Source: a virus
Taxonomy: Duplodnaviria > Caudoviricetes
Direction: 5' to 3' (one strand)
IMG/VR virus record: IMGVR_UViG_3300032893_000043
Location: 1-63,405 of that record
DNA length: 63,405 bases
Part shown: positions 46,209 through 55,979 of the stretch, piece after piece
Layout: each line of letters opens with the position of its first letter
How positions within the stretch are numbered: position 1 is the first letter of the stretch
Made by a program: the position numbers and the translations under genes
The notes under the pieces: generated by a model
Database searches by the model: none
The model's input: only the letters and a program-made list of their open reading frames with translations
Told to the model about the DNA's origin: nothing

Positions 46209-46841
46209 ATGTCCCTTTACGAAACTCTCGATCTCACTAGCGACCCGCCGCCCGACGCCGCAGCCATTAAGCGCGCTTACAAGCGCAAGGCCAAAATGAC
46301 CCATCCCGACCGCGGTGGCAAAGTCGAAGATTTCCAGAAAGTCTCGCGCGCTTATCTCGTGCTTAGCGATCCCGTGCGTCGCGCCAAGTACGACGCGACG
46401 GGAGACATCCCCGAGATCACGCCGGAAACGGCCCCGCTGAATTTGCTGGTGCAGTTCTTCGTGACCGTGGTGCAGATGCATTGCGCCGGTCAGGGGCCGG
46501 ATCCGCTGACCACCGATCTGATCAAGCTGGCGCGCGACCAGTTCAAGACCGACATTGCCAACGCCGAGAAGGAGATCGTCAAGATCAAGCGCAGCATCAA
46601 GGTGTGGCAGAAGGTCGAAGCGAAGTTTGGCAAGGCCAAGAAGGGCGCGATGCCGGTGACGATCAAGCGCGCGATGTTGGCGCAAGTGGCGCCGCTCGAA
46701 GCGCATTTGCAGACCATGCAGAGCCAGATCGAGCTGCGCAACGACGCGATGAAGTTGCTTGACGGCTACACGTTCGATTTCGATGCGTCTCCGGCCACGC
46801 CTACGAATTTGTCGGGAAGCTGGATACGCTTCACGAGTTAA
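46209..46841 (+). CDS. DnaJ-domain protein
   Basis: LYETL..IKRAYKRKAKMTHPDRGG..AYLVLSDP..R..YD. Confidence 0.9.
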   Translation: MSLYETLDLTSDPPPDAAAIKRAYKRKAKMTHPDRGGKVEDFQKVSRAYLVLSDPVRRAKYDATGDIPEITPETAPLNLLVQFFVTVVQMHCAGQGPDPLTTDLIKLARDQFKTDIANAEKEIVKIKRSIKVWQKVEAKFGKAKKGAMPVTIKRAMLAQVAPLEAHLQTMQSQIELRNDAMKLLDGYTFDFDASPATPTNLSGSWIRFTS

Positions 46842-46850
46842 AAATTCTTC

Positions 46851-46882
46851 TTGCATCCCCCTTCTGTAGTTGCTATGACTAC
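46851..46882 (+). promoter_or_regulatory. Promoter with operator copy 4 (46866-46882)
   Basis: TTGCAT-N17-TATGAC overlapped by GTAGTtgctatgACTAC. Confidence 0.7.
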
Positions 46883-46886
46883 CAAC

Positions 46887-46999
46887 GCTGATGGCTGGGC
46901 CAGCCCCCGTCCCCTCAACCCCAGGCCCCGCTTTCAGCAGGTTGTGTGTAGCAACCAAGCCCGGCTCCTCGCCATCCTCCCTGATCAGGGGAGCCGGGC
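46887..46999 (+). ncRNA. Candidate sRNA/leader with C-rich loops (alpha-r14/cuckoo-like)
   Basis: Three hairpins; loops contain CCCCCGTCCCCTC and CCATCCTCCC (anti-SD-like). Confidence 0.4.
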
Positions 47000-47020
47000 C
47001 GTTGCACAAGAGGACTGGAA

Positions 47021-47179
47021 TTGTCTGACGACTATCCGACGTCCGTAAGATTTTCGAAGCAGCTCAAGGCCGACCTGAAAAGGTTTGCCAAGGAGCAAGG
47101 CTGCTCGGTGACGTGGCTCTTGAACCACATCGCCGAGGAATGGGTGGAGCATAAAAAACAAGAGGGTAAGGGCAAATGA
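47021..47179 (+). CDS. Ribbon-helix-helix (Arc/CopG-like) regulator
   Basis: 52 aa MSDDYPTSVRFSKQLKADLKRFAKEQGCSVTWLLNHIAEEWV; TTG start after GAGG; not in the ORF track. Confidence 0.7.
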   Translation: MSDDYPTSVRFSKQLKADLKRFAKEQGCSVTWLLNHIAEEWVEHKKQEGKGK

Positions 47180-48231
47180 AAACCGCGCTGGTCACCACCA
47201 CTATCAACGTTCCGACCGTCCTCGCGCTGTATCGCAAGCTCGACCCAAGCGTGAAATTTTTTGTCGCCGCCGACGAGAAGACGCCGCTCGATGCCTACAG
47301 CTTCTGCGCCGACATCCCCGATTGCGAGATGTATTCGCCCGATCGGCAGAAGGAGCTTGGTTACGAGTGCTCCCCGCTGCTTGGTTGGAACAACGACAGT
47401 CGGCGGAACATCGCGCTGCTCGAAGCGCTGAAGTGGGGCGCTGAACTGATCATCTCGATTGATGACGATATGATCCCGATGAACGCGGACTACTTTGCGA
47501 CATTCAAAAAGCTGTTTTTTGGCCGGCGCCAGGATTTCCACGATCCAGGAATTTTTCATAGCTATACGCCAGCTTATTCTGGCCTTCAACTCGGCACGCC
47601 TCTCTACTGGCTTGACGCCGGGCAGCTCACGGTACCGATCGCCAAGCAGCGCGGCCTCCCGCTCGATCACCTCGCCGTCGCGAGTGCCGGCGCCGCGGTC
47701 GGCGTCAATATCGGCATCGCGCAAGGCGTCATTCTCGGCGTGCCGGATACCGACGCCGCGACTGCCGCGACAAGCCAACCGATGGTGCATAGCGCAAGCG
47801 ACATCCTGCGCAACGGGTTCGTGGCGCATCCGCAAGCGCGCGCCGTGGTGAACTCGCAATTCACCGCGTTCCGCCGCGAGCTCGCCCCGGCCTTCGCCCA
47901 GTTTTACGAGCACCAGGGGCGCAACACCGATATCCTCGCCAGTCTTTTGATGCGCCGCATCGCCGCCGAGCGCGGGCTGTTCACCTATTTCGGTCCTCCA
48001 TTTGGATTCCATAATCGCCGGCCGCGGCGGATCCTGCCGGATTTGCGCGCCGAGATGTACGGGCTGGAGCGTATCGAGGCGTGGGCCGACTATCTGGAGC
48101 GCGCACCGCTGTCTTCGGCGGCATCCGTCGCTGTCCAATGTCACTCGTTGATGCGCGGCTTTGCCGGTTTCGACGGCGATCTCAAGGCGTGCGCGGACGC
48201 GTTCTATTCGGATGTGGAGAAGGTGCTGTGA
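47176..48231 (+). CDS. GT-A glycosyltransferase / UDP-sugar mutase-like (RGP/STELLO-like)
   Basis: VTTTI, DEKTP, RRNIALLEA..IISIDDD. Confidence 0.65.
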   Translation: MKTALVTTTINVPTVLALYRKLDPSVKFFVAADEKTPLDAYSFCADIPDCEMYSPDRQKELGYECSPLLGWNNDSRRNIALLEALKWGAELIISIDDDMIPMNADYFATFKKLFFGRRQDFHDPGIFHSYTPAYSGLQLGTPLYWLDAGQLTVPIAKQRGLPLDHLAVASAGAAVGVNIGIAQGVILGVPDTDAATAATSQPMVHSASDILRNGFVAHPQARAVVNSQFTAFRRELAPAFAQFYEHQGRNTDILASLLMRRIAAERGLFTYFGPPFGFHNRRPRRILPDLRAEMYGLERIEAWADYLERAPLSSAASVAVQCHSLMRGFAGFDGDLKACADAFYSDVEKVL

Positions 48232-48641
48232 CCTTGTTCAGCATCGACATGGTGGTGCAGACCTGTGTCAATAAGGATTGCGGCATCAGTTTTGCGGTCC
48301 CATCGTGGTGGGACAAAGGGAAACGAGAAACGCGTACAACATTCTATTGCCCGAACGGGCATCCGCAGTCGTATTGCGCTGAGAGCGACCTTGATAAAGC
48401 GCGGCGCGAACGTGACATTGCGCGCCAGCAGGTTGCTCGCGCCGAGCAGGAAGCCGCCGAAGCGCTTGCTCGCGCGCAAAAGGCCGAGCGCGCCGAAAAG
48501 CGTTTGAAGAAGCGAGCTTCGGCCGGCACCTGTCCGTGTTGTCAACGCACATTTTCAAACATGGCGACGCATATGAAGAACCAGCATCCCAATTTTGTTG
48601 CAGAAGGCGGCGCCAAGGTCGTGCCGATCAAGCGCGCATGA
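48228..48641 (+). CDS. Zinc-finger protein with coiled coil
   Basis: C..C, FYCPNGH, CPCC..H....HP. Confidence 0.65.
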   Translation: MTLFSIDMVVQTCVNKDCGISFAVPSWWDKGKRETRTTFYCPNGHPQSYCAESDLDKARRERDIARQQVARAEQEAAEALARAQKAERAEKRLKKRASAGTCPCCQRTFSNMATHMKNQHPNFVAEGGAKVVPIKRA

Positions 48642-49927
48642 ACCGCGTCGCTATCGCTTTCCTCACTTGTGACCGTGTCGAGCTGACCAAGCGCTCGATC
48701 GAGCCGCTGCTGCAGCCCAACAAGTTCGACTTGCACTGGGTCGATGGCAGTAAGACTGGCGAAGGCATTGATCTGCCGCGCGAGTACAGCCAGCACAAGT
48801 TCTCGACGCATTACGGCGTGGTCGGCGGCTCGGGCGTGGCGATCGTCTACGCCCTGACGACGTTGCTGAAGAAGGGTCTCGGCGAGGGCACCGCCTACGA
48901 TTACATCGGCCTCGTCGAGAACGACGTGCTGCTCGATCCCGACTTCTTCGAGCCGATGATGGCGCTGTTCGAGCAGGGCCGGGCTGAAGGGATGGAAGTC
49001 GGCGCCGTATCCGCGCGGGCTTATGAGGACCGCATCCTGATCCAGCGCGACGGTTATGGCGTCATGCACAATCTCGGCGCCGGCATGATCGTGTTCTCGC
49101 GCAACGCCGCAAAACTGGTGCTGCAGCATTATCGCACCGTGTGGACCACCGAGAACCGGCTGCTGTTCGCCCAGCTGTCGGGAATCGACATCGGCAAGTA
49201 TTGGGCGTTCCGCGGCAACGAGAATTTTTTGGTCGCTGACTGGAATTTTGACCGGGTGTTGGCGTCGTATGGCTATGCTTCGCTGGCACTGACGCCGAAC
49301 AAGGCAACCATGCTCGATCAGGATATTGCCCCGCTCGGTTTGAAATATGCAGACGGCAATTTCGCGCTCGCGAGGAATCCGGAAGCGTTCAATATCTACC
49401 GGCGCAATCTCAAGCGTGTCCAGATCGGTGAGTGGCAGCCGGGGGTTCACGAGCCGTTTTTTCGCGACGATCAGGGCCAGATGATTTTTGCCCATCAGAT
49501 CCCGCAGATTGGCGGCGTGTATAGCGGCAACTGGCGCATCCGCGATTTTCTTCCCTTCGGCCCCTTCGTGTGGAAGGCGGGCGCCGCGGTGCAGGATGAA
49601 GCGTGTTCGACGCAGATGCCTGGTGAGTATCCGACGCTGACGGTGCCCATCTCGGGGCCGTGCTCGTTGATGATCTCCGGCGGCGAGCGGGGCGGCGTGA
49701 TGCGGATCGAGGACGAGCAGTCGGGCTTCGTCGCTGAGCCGGCGCTGCCTGCCGAGTCTGTCAATGGACAACTGATGCAGATCAGCGTGCCGTCCGGCGC
49801 CGGATACCGGGAGATCAAGTTGACGGCGCTGGGCCGGGGCTTATGTTTCTTCGGCGTCAAGACGCGCGATCCGCAGCCGGTGCTGCCGCATGTCCGTTTT
49901 GATTTTGATACGTTACCGCCGCCATGA
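48638..49927 (+). CDS. GT2-like glycosyltransferase
   Basis: IAFLTCDR, WVDGS, LVENDV (DxD-like). Confidence 0.6.
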   Translation: MNRVAIAFLTCDRVELTKRSIEPLLQPNKFDLHWVDGSKTGEGIDLPREYSQHKFSTHYGVVGGSGVAIVYALTTLLKKGLGEGTAYDYIGLVENDVLLDPDFFEPMMALFEQGRAEGMEVGAVSARAYEDRILIQRDGYGVMHNLGAGMIVFSRNAAKLVLQHYRTVWTTENRLLFAQLSGIDIGKYWAFRGNENFLVADWNFDRVLASYGYASLALTPNKATMLDQDIAPLGLKYADGNFALARNPEAFNIYRRNLKRVQIGEWQPGVHEPFFRDDQGQMIFAHQIPQIGGVYSGNWRIRDFLPFGPFVWKAGAAVQDEACSTQMPGEYPTLTVPISGPCSLMISGGERGGVMRIEDEQSGFVAEPALPAESVNGQLMQISVPSGAGYREIKLTALGRGLCFFGVKTRDPQPVLPHVRFDFDTLPPP

Positions 49928-50907
49928 GAGTTTTGATCACAGGCGGGGCTGGCTTCGTAGGTCGAGCATTCACACGCCGATTGGTCGACGACGGTCATCG
50001 CGTGACGGTTGTTGACAACCTCTGTGCCGGGCAGATGCGCGAGAGCTGGTCGTTCAAGCCGAAGTCGCTTTATGCGTTCGAGTTCGCGGTGATGAACATT
50101 CGCGACTATTTCGAGAACCATTCCTGTGACCAGTTCGACTTGATCATCCACTGCGCCGCGATCGTCGGCGGCCGTCTGAAGATCGATGGCGACCCGCTGG
50201 CGGTAGCGACCGATCTCGCGATTGACGCGGATTTTTTCAACTGGTGCGCACGGGGTAAGAAGGAAAAGCAGATCATCTATTTCTCGTCGAGCGCCGTGTA
50301 CCCGCTGGAGCTGCAGACGCGCGACAAGAACATGGATCTCAACGAGCGTCTGGTGTCGTTCGCCGGTACACGCGTCTCTTTACCAGACCAAAGTTACGGT
50401 TGGAGCAAGTTGTCGGGCGAATATCTGGCGAAGATCGCGGTTGAGAAATACAAGCTCGATGTGAAAATTTTTCGCCCGTTCGGCGGCTACGGTCCCGACC
50501 AGGCGTTCGATTATCCGTTCCCGAGCATCATCGCCCGGATTCTGGAGAAGCGCGATCCGGTGGTGGTCTGGGGCTCCGGTGAGCAGGTCCGCGATTTCGT
50601 CTATGTCGACGACGTGATCGAGTGCGTGCTGTCGACCAAGGACAAGCTCAAGCCTGGCGAGGTGTTGAATATCGGCACCGGCCGCGGCGTGTCGTTCCGC
50701 GAGCTCGCCGAGATGGCGTGCAACATCCTGGGGCACAAGGCCGAGATCGTCAGCAATCCGGATCGGCCGGAGGGCGTGTTCCGCCGAGTATCGGACACCT
50801 ACAAGATGCTGCCGCTGTTCAAGCCAAAAACGAAGCTGGAGCAGGGCATTATGAAAGTGGCGCACCACGTCAAAAAGCATCTTGACAGATTTAAGAAGCC
50901 GGTGTAG
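49924..50907 (+). CDS. NAD-dependent nucleotide-sugar epimerase/dehydratase
   Basis: ITGGAGFVG, FSSSAVY, YGWSK, RDFVYVDD. Confidence 0.92.
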   Translation: MRVLITGGAGFVGRAFTRRLVDDGHRVTVVDNLCAGQMRESWSFKPKSLYAFEFAVMNIRDYFENHSCDQFDLIIHCAAIVGGRLKIDGDPLAVATDLAIDADFFNWCARGKKEKQIIYFSSSAVYPLELQTRDKNMDLNERLVSFAGTRVSLPDQSYGWSKLSGEYLAKIAVEKYKLDVKIFRPFGGYGPDQAFDYPFPSIIARILEKRDPVVVWGSGEQVRDFVYVDDVIECVLSTKDKLKPGEVLNIGTGRGVSFRELAEMACNILGHKAEIVSNPDRPEGVFRRVSDTYKMLPLFKPKTKLEQGIMKVAHHVKKHLDRFKKPV

Positions 50908-50920
50908 TTACGGTGACTAC
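50882..50920 (+). promoter_or_regulatory. Promoter with operator copy 5 (50904-50920)
   Basis: TTGACA-N17-TAGTTA overlapped by GTAGTtacggtgACTAC. Confidence 0.75.
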
Positions 50921-50934
50921 ATCGGGAGGATATC

Positions 50935-51642
50935 ATGATTCTAGCCTATGCACGGGTTTCCACGGTAGAGCAGGCAGCGGACGGCACCACGTCGATTGAG
51001 GAGCAACTGCGCAAGGGCAAGGCTATCGCCGATCTCCGCGGCGCCTCGTCGTTTGATTTCATGACCTTCAAGGACGAGGGCGTGTCGGGTTCGATCCCGC
51101 TCAACGAGCGCCCCGCTGGCAAGGACATGCTGGAGACCGCCAAGAAGGGCGACGTCATCGTGGCCGCCAAGATGGATCGCCTGTTCCGTTCGGCGGCAGA
51201 TGCGCTCAACACCGCGGAAGCGCTCAAGGAGCGCGGCATCAATCTGATTCTGGTCGACATGGGTACGAGCCCGGTAACCGAGAACGGCACCGCAAAAATG
51301 TTTTTCGGCATGCTCGCGTTGGTCGCCGAGTTCGAGCGTGAGCGCATCCATGAGCGCATGCAGGACGGCCGCAAGGGCAAGAAGCTCCGTAACGGTCATA
51401 TCGGCGGCGAGGCGCCCTACGGTTTCAAGGTCGTCGGCAAGAAGCGCGAGTCGCGGTTGGAGCCGGTCGCGGCCGAGCAGGCCGTGGTCAAGGAAGTGCA
51501 GCAGCTTGCCGAGCAAAAAATGTCGTCGTGGAAGATCACCAAACAGCTCAACGCCGCTGGCCGGCGCAACCGGGTCGGTCAGCCGTTCGAGTGCTTCCAG
51601 ATCAAGCGCATTATGGAACGAGCACAGGGAGTAACGCCATGA
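50935..51642 (+). CDS. Serine recombinase (resolvase family)
   Basis: YARVST..Q, DEGVSG, KMDRLFRS, AEFERE, GGEAPYGF. Confidence 0.92.
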   Translation: MILAYARVSTVEQAADGTTSIEEQLRKGKAIADLRGASSFDFMTFKDEGVSGSIPLNERPAGKDMLETAKKGDVIVAAKMDRLFRSAADALNTAEALKERGINLILVDMGTSPVTENGTAKMFFGMLALVAEFERERIHERMQDGRKGKKLRNGHIGGEAPYGFKVVGKKRESRLEPVAAEQAVVKEVQQLAEQKMSSWKITKQLNAAGRRNRVGQPFECFQIKRIMERAQGVTP

Positions 51643-51977
51643 AGATCCTGACTCAAATCGCCATGCTGACGCTCGTAGCAGTCCTGGTTGTCAGCGGCCG
51701 GCATCCCAAGCATCCGCCGAAGCACGCTGTGATGCTGCATCAGTCGGGATACAGCGGCCCGAGCATTGCCAACCTGCGCGGCGCGTGGACGTTACCCTGA
51801 TGCAGATCACCGCTGATTTCGACGAGCTCTGCCGGATTGTATGCCCACACTGCGAGAAGGGCATTGCGTACCGTTACCGCACTGACTCGCGCGAGTACGT
51901 CCACGATCAGGTCACCGGCACGAGTCATCTTGTGCATACGATTTGTTGGGCCAACGGCTTGAGGAAAAAGTATCAAG

Positions 51978-53351
51978 ATGGGAAATAGAAAATTCGCCGT
52001 CGATTTTTTCAACCAAGCAGTCGAGTCGGTCAACGATCACAACAACCCGACGCGGCTCAATCACGCTTATCAGCTTTTCAGCTCCGCATGTCTAACCGAC
52101 CCGACGTGGGGCGAGGCGTGGTACTGGAACGGCAACAACAACAATGATCTCAATCTGCATCCCGCGGCGATTGCGTGCTGGCGCCAGGCGGTCGAGAACC
52201 TGACTGACCCGACTGCCAAAGCCAAGGCAATGTGTAATCTGTCTTGGCGGCTGCACGGTCTCGGCCGGATCGACGAGGCGCATTCGTTTGCGATGAAGTC
52301 GATTGATCTCGACGATTCGCTCGACGCGACGTGGATCAACTTGTCGGTGATCAATACGACGCTCGATCAGACCGACACGGCGCTGTCGTGCGCGCTTCGC
52401 GGCTACAAGCTGGCCCCGGACAACGCGATGAATGAGTTCGCGCTTGGCATGGCCTATATGTTCAATCGTCAGTGGGCCAAGGGGCTGCATCACAACGAGG
52501 CGCGGTTTGCGTACCGGCTGCGCAATTATCTGCAGTATCCGTACCCGAAATGGCAGGGCGAGCCGGACAAGCAGGTCTATGTTGTGTCGGACCAGGGGCT
52601 TGGCGACACGCTGAGTTTTTCGCGGTTTTTGCCAGCAGCGTGCAAGCGCGCCAAGTACGTGCACGCGTCGGTGCAGCCGGAATTGTTCCTGCTGTTCCAG
52701 CGCGCGTTTTTTGACATTCCGAATTTGAATTTGATGCCGACTGGCAACCAGTTTCCGCCGGCCGACTCGTGGACGACGTTTGTCAGTCTGCCGGCGACGC
52801 TCGGCTTGGGCGATGAAGAAATCATCAACGCGCCGCCGATCCGCATTGATCGGTACGACTTCACGGCGAACTGGCGCATCCCCGATCGCAAGCTGCATAT
52901 CGGCATCGCCTGGGCGGGCTCGCCGCTCAACGACATCGACAAGCACCGCAATATCCCGGTGACGCAGTTCCTCGATCTCTACAAGGTGCCGGGCATTCAG
53001 CTTTATTCGCTGCAGAAGTCTGACCGCAACAAGGAGATGTACGACGCTGGCTGCATGTCACTGATCTGGGATCTGACGCCGTACATCGCCAGCGTCGTCG
53101 ACACCATGGCGTTATTGAGCAAGCTCGATCTGGTGATCTGCTGCGAGTCGGCGCTGTTGCACATGTGCAATATGCTCGGCGTCGAGTGCTGGGTGCCCTA
53201 TAGCTACCTCGGCCGCGACTATAGGATGGGGGTCGACGGCAAAAATGTGCTGTGGGGTCCGAAGGTCCGAACGTTCCGGCAGGGGCCGGATATGCGGTGG
53301 GACAAACCGTTTGACGAAATTGTCGAGGCGTTGCGCGAGCGGGTTGCTTGA
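51978..53351 (+). CDS. TPR protein with GT9-like glycosyltransferase domain
   Basis: N-terminal TPRs; DQGLGD, IGIAWAGSP, LDLVICCESALLH. Confidence 0.85.
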   Translation: MGNRKFAVDFFNQAVESVNDHNNPTRLNHAYQLFSSACLTDPTWGEAWYWNGNNNNDLNLHPAAIACWRQAVENLTDPTAKAKAMCNLSWRLHGLGRIDEAHSFAMKSIDLDDSLDATWINLSVINTTLDQTDTALSCALRGYKLAPDNAMNEFALGMAYMFNRQWAKGLHHNEARFAYRLRNYLQYPYPKWQGEPDKQVYVVSDQGLGDTLSFSRFLPAACKRAKYVHASVQPELFLLFQRAFFDIPNLNLMPTGNQFPPADSWTTFVSLPATLGLGDEEIINAPPIRIDRYDFTANWRIPDRKLHIGIAWAGSPLNDIDKHRNIPVTQFLDLYKVPGIQLYSLQKSDRNKEMYDAGCMSLIWDLTPYIASVVDTMALLSKLDLVICCESALLHMCNMLGVECWVPYSYLGRDYRMGVDGKNVLWGPKVRTFRQGPDMRWDKPFDEIVEALRERVA

Positions 53352-53566
53352 TGCGCCGTGAGTGGATGACATGACCAACAACGAAATTGCCGAATCATTG
53401 CTCTTAATGGCAGCGCGACGCTCAGCCGAGACACAATTCGGCTGGTCGCACCCAGACTGTGAAGCCCTGCAAGAGGCCGCCCGCATCTTGCGCGGGGAAC
53501 CGATACCTGAAATCGAGATGCCGGAAGTCGTTTTGTCTGATCCGTTAACGCGGCGATAGGAAGATA

Positions 53567-54379
53567 ATGAGCGGCGCAATCAAACTCGACTTCAAGCTCG
53601 CTGGCAAGCACGTCGGGTTCTCGATGTGGACTGACACTACGTGCGTCGCCGATCAGGCGATGCTGTTCGCACTGCGTCATGGCGGTTGCGTCGAGCCAGA
53701 AGTTTCGCACCTTTTGGCGCGCACCTTGCGGCCGGGCGATTATGCGATCGACGGCGGCGCCAATGTCGGGTTTTTTACCATCCTGATGTCGAAGCTTGTG
53801 GGGCCGGACGGTTTCGTGCTGGCGTTCGAGCCGGGACCGAACAATCTCTACAAGCTCAAGGAAAACATCAATCTGAACAAATGCAAGAACATCGAGATCG
53901 TCGCTAAGCCGTTGTCGGATAAGCACGAGACGCTGCAATTTTTCTTGTGCCAAGACGGCAGCAAGAACTCGCTGGCTCCGCATCTCGACACGCGCGGCAA
54001 CACTCTTTTGGAGGCTGCGGTTCTTGACGACTATGCGACCGAGGACATCTGCCGGAAGCTGCGGCTTATCAAGCTCGATATCGAGGGCGCTGAGCTCCTG
54101 GCGATGCAGGGCGGGATGCAGTTGCTGGGCGAGGAAGGCTGTCCTTATATCGTCATGGAACTGAACAACGAGGCGCTGCCGAAGTTCAAGGCCAGCTTCG
54201 AGAGCGTGCGGGACTTCATGCGCGAGCAGGGCTATGACATGTTTTTGCTCCACGAGAGCGGCGTGTTGCCGACCTACGTGCCGCGGCATACGAAGGTGCT
54301 TCCGAATCGATTGAACTGGAACGTGTTGTTTTCCACACTCGACATGGTTGGCGCGGCTTGGCCGGAGACGGAATTATGA
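53567..54379 (+). CDS. FkbM-family methyltransferase
   Basis: IDGGANVG, AFEP, IKLDIEGAE. Confidence 0.9.
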   Translation: MSGAIKLDFKLAGKHVGFSMWTDTTCVADQAMLFALRHGGCVEPEVSHLLARTLRPGDYAIDGGANVGFFTILMSKLVGPDGFVLAFEPGPNNLYKLKENINLNKCKNIEIVAKPLSDKHETLQFFLCQDGSKNSLAPHLDTRGNTLLEAAVLDDYATEDICRKLRLIKLDIEGAELLAMQGGMQLLGEEGCPYIVMELNNEALPKFKASFESVRDFMREQGYDMFLLHESGVLPTYVPRHTKVLPNRLNWNVLFSTLDMVGAAWPETEL

Positions 54380-54777
54380 GCATCACTGACGACGAACGAA
54401 CAGTTCTGATGATCGCCGACCGCGGCGAGTACATGCTGGCGATCGGGCGTTGGGAATTACCGATCAAAAGCCTTGCAAAGCGCGGGTTGCTGGCGAGCCA
54501 GATCCTCAACGGCGGGCCTCAGTACACAATCACCGAGGCTGGGCGCACCGAGCTCAACGCTGCCGAGCACGAGGAAGACCAGCAGTTAAGAGAAATCATT
54601 AACCGGTCCTCGGCGACGCTGGCGAGCATTCGCGGCAAGGCCGAGCAGTCGGCACAACTGCTGGCGCAGGCGGCGAAGGAATCAGAGCAGGCGACCGGCG
54701 ACTCGCCCAAGGTCGCGGCCGAGCGCTGGTCGGAAATGATCTTGAAGCGTGCGCTGGATATCATCGCCAATGGATGA
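54376..54777 (+). CDS. Hypothetical protein (possible winged helix)
   Basis: SLAKRGL..YTITEAGR. Confidence 0.5.
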   Translation: MSITDDERTVLMIADRGEYMLAIGRWELPIKSLAKRGLLASQILNGGPQYTITEAGRTELNAAEHEEDQQLREIINRSSATLASIRGKAEQSAQLLAQAAKESEQATGDSPKVAAERWSEMILKRALDIIANG

Positions 54778-55111
54778 AGACGCCCAGTTCTTCACGCAGC
54801 ACCCCGACCGCTACGCGCATATCCGCGAGCCGAGAATGGTGCTGACGAAGACGCCGCAGCGGGCGGTGCATTACCGACCCGAGATGGAAGGCGAGTTCTG
54901 GAGCCTCGGCGAGCACAACAAAGACCGTCGACGAATTCTGTTGTGGCGCGTGCCGGAGCATCATCCGGCGTATGATCCGAAATCGGTCAAGATCTTGCGT
55001 ATTCCGTTCTTGCTATTTTCTGACGAAAATATCGAGGACACGGATGCCAATCTTTTGCCGTTGATCCACCAGATCATGACGGACGCGGCGAGGAAGCAGG
55101 GAGTGCGATGA
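54770..55111 (+). CDS. Hypothetical protein
   Basis: 113 aa, coupled. Confidence 0.55.
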   Translation: MDEDAQFFTQHPDRYAHIREPRMVLTKTPQRAVHYRPEMEGEFWSLGEHNKDRRRILLWRVPEHHPAYDPKSVKILRIPFLLFSDENIEDTDANLLPLIHQIMTDAARKQGVR

Positions 55112-55304
55112 AAAAATTTGTTCAGCCTGATCCAGCGACCGGCTATCGAATTACTTCGTACCGCCTAGAAGGCTCAGGTCCATGGCCGTTTACGGAGACC
55201 GGTTATATTTATCACAAGATTGATCTCTCTGACTTGGAGGAGCCGTATTTGTCGGCGGTTAAGGAATCGCTGGCCAAGGACCTAACACCAAAAGAGCAAA
55301 AAGA

Positions 55305-55520
55305 ATGAGCTGGTCTCGCTCGGTTTTCAGTTCTAACGTGTCTGAGGTCGGTTACGACAGCGAAACGCAGGAGCTGCTTATCACATGGCTCAAGAGCGGC
55401 AAGACCAGCGCTTATGCAGGGGTGCCCGAGGATGTTGCTGAAGCTTGCTCGCGGGCGCCAAGCGTTGGGCAGTTCGTGAACGCGGAAGTGAAACCTTTTT
55501 ATTCGCATCGTTATAGGTAA
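55305..55520 (+). CDS. KTSC-domain protein
   Basis: SSNVSEVGYD..Y.GVP..APSVGQFVN. Confidence 0.85.
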   Translation: MSWSRSVFSSNVSEVGYDSETQELLITWLKSGKTSAYAGVPEDVAEACSRAPSVGQFVNAEVKPFYSHRYR

Positions 55521-55684
55521 CGCATGACAGAAGATGAGGCTTATGAAAGAGCAGTGGCAGCGTTGTCTCGTCCAAGAGTGACAACTCGGATGCACTTAAG
55601 CGGACCTATGTCGGAACCGCGGCGTCTCACCGTTGAAGACCTTGTCAAAATACTTAAAGATTTAGGTTTGTTGGAAATTCCAAA

Positions 55685-55948
55685 ATGAACGACGAAACCC
55701 AACCGCCGAGCAATGCCGATCGTTTCCGCAAGATGGCCGAGCGCATCGACCACAACGTAGATGCTGGTTTCGGCGGTGCCTGCGTCATTATCCCGCCGAC
55801 CGGCTCCGGCGACCCGATCGAGGTGCTGCTGCTCGACAACGCCGCAGATCCGGCAACCTTCTATTCGACGGTCTCGACCCGGCTGCAGTTGGCTTTGGAC
55901 AAGATCGCCGAGACGAAGGCGCAGCAAATGGGGTTTGGAAGACGTTGA
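55685..55948 (+). CDS. Hypothetical protein upstream of terminase
   Basis: 87 aa. Confidence 0.55.
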   Translation: MNDETQPPSNADRFRKMAERIDHNVDAGFGGACVIIPPTGSGDPIEVLLLDNAADPATFYSTVSTRLQLALDKIAETKAQQMGFGRR

Positions 55949-55979
55949 ATTTGCTGACGTAGTCGCGTAAACTTGCCCA

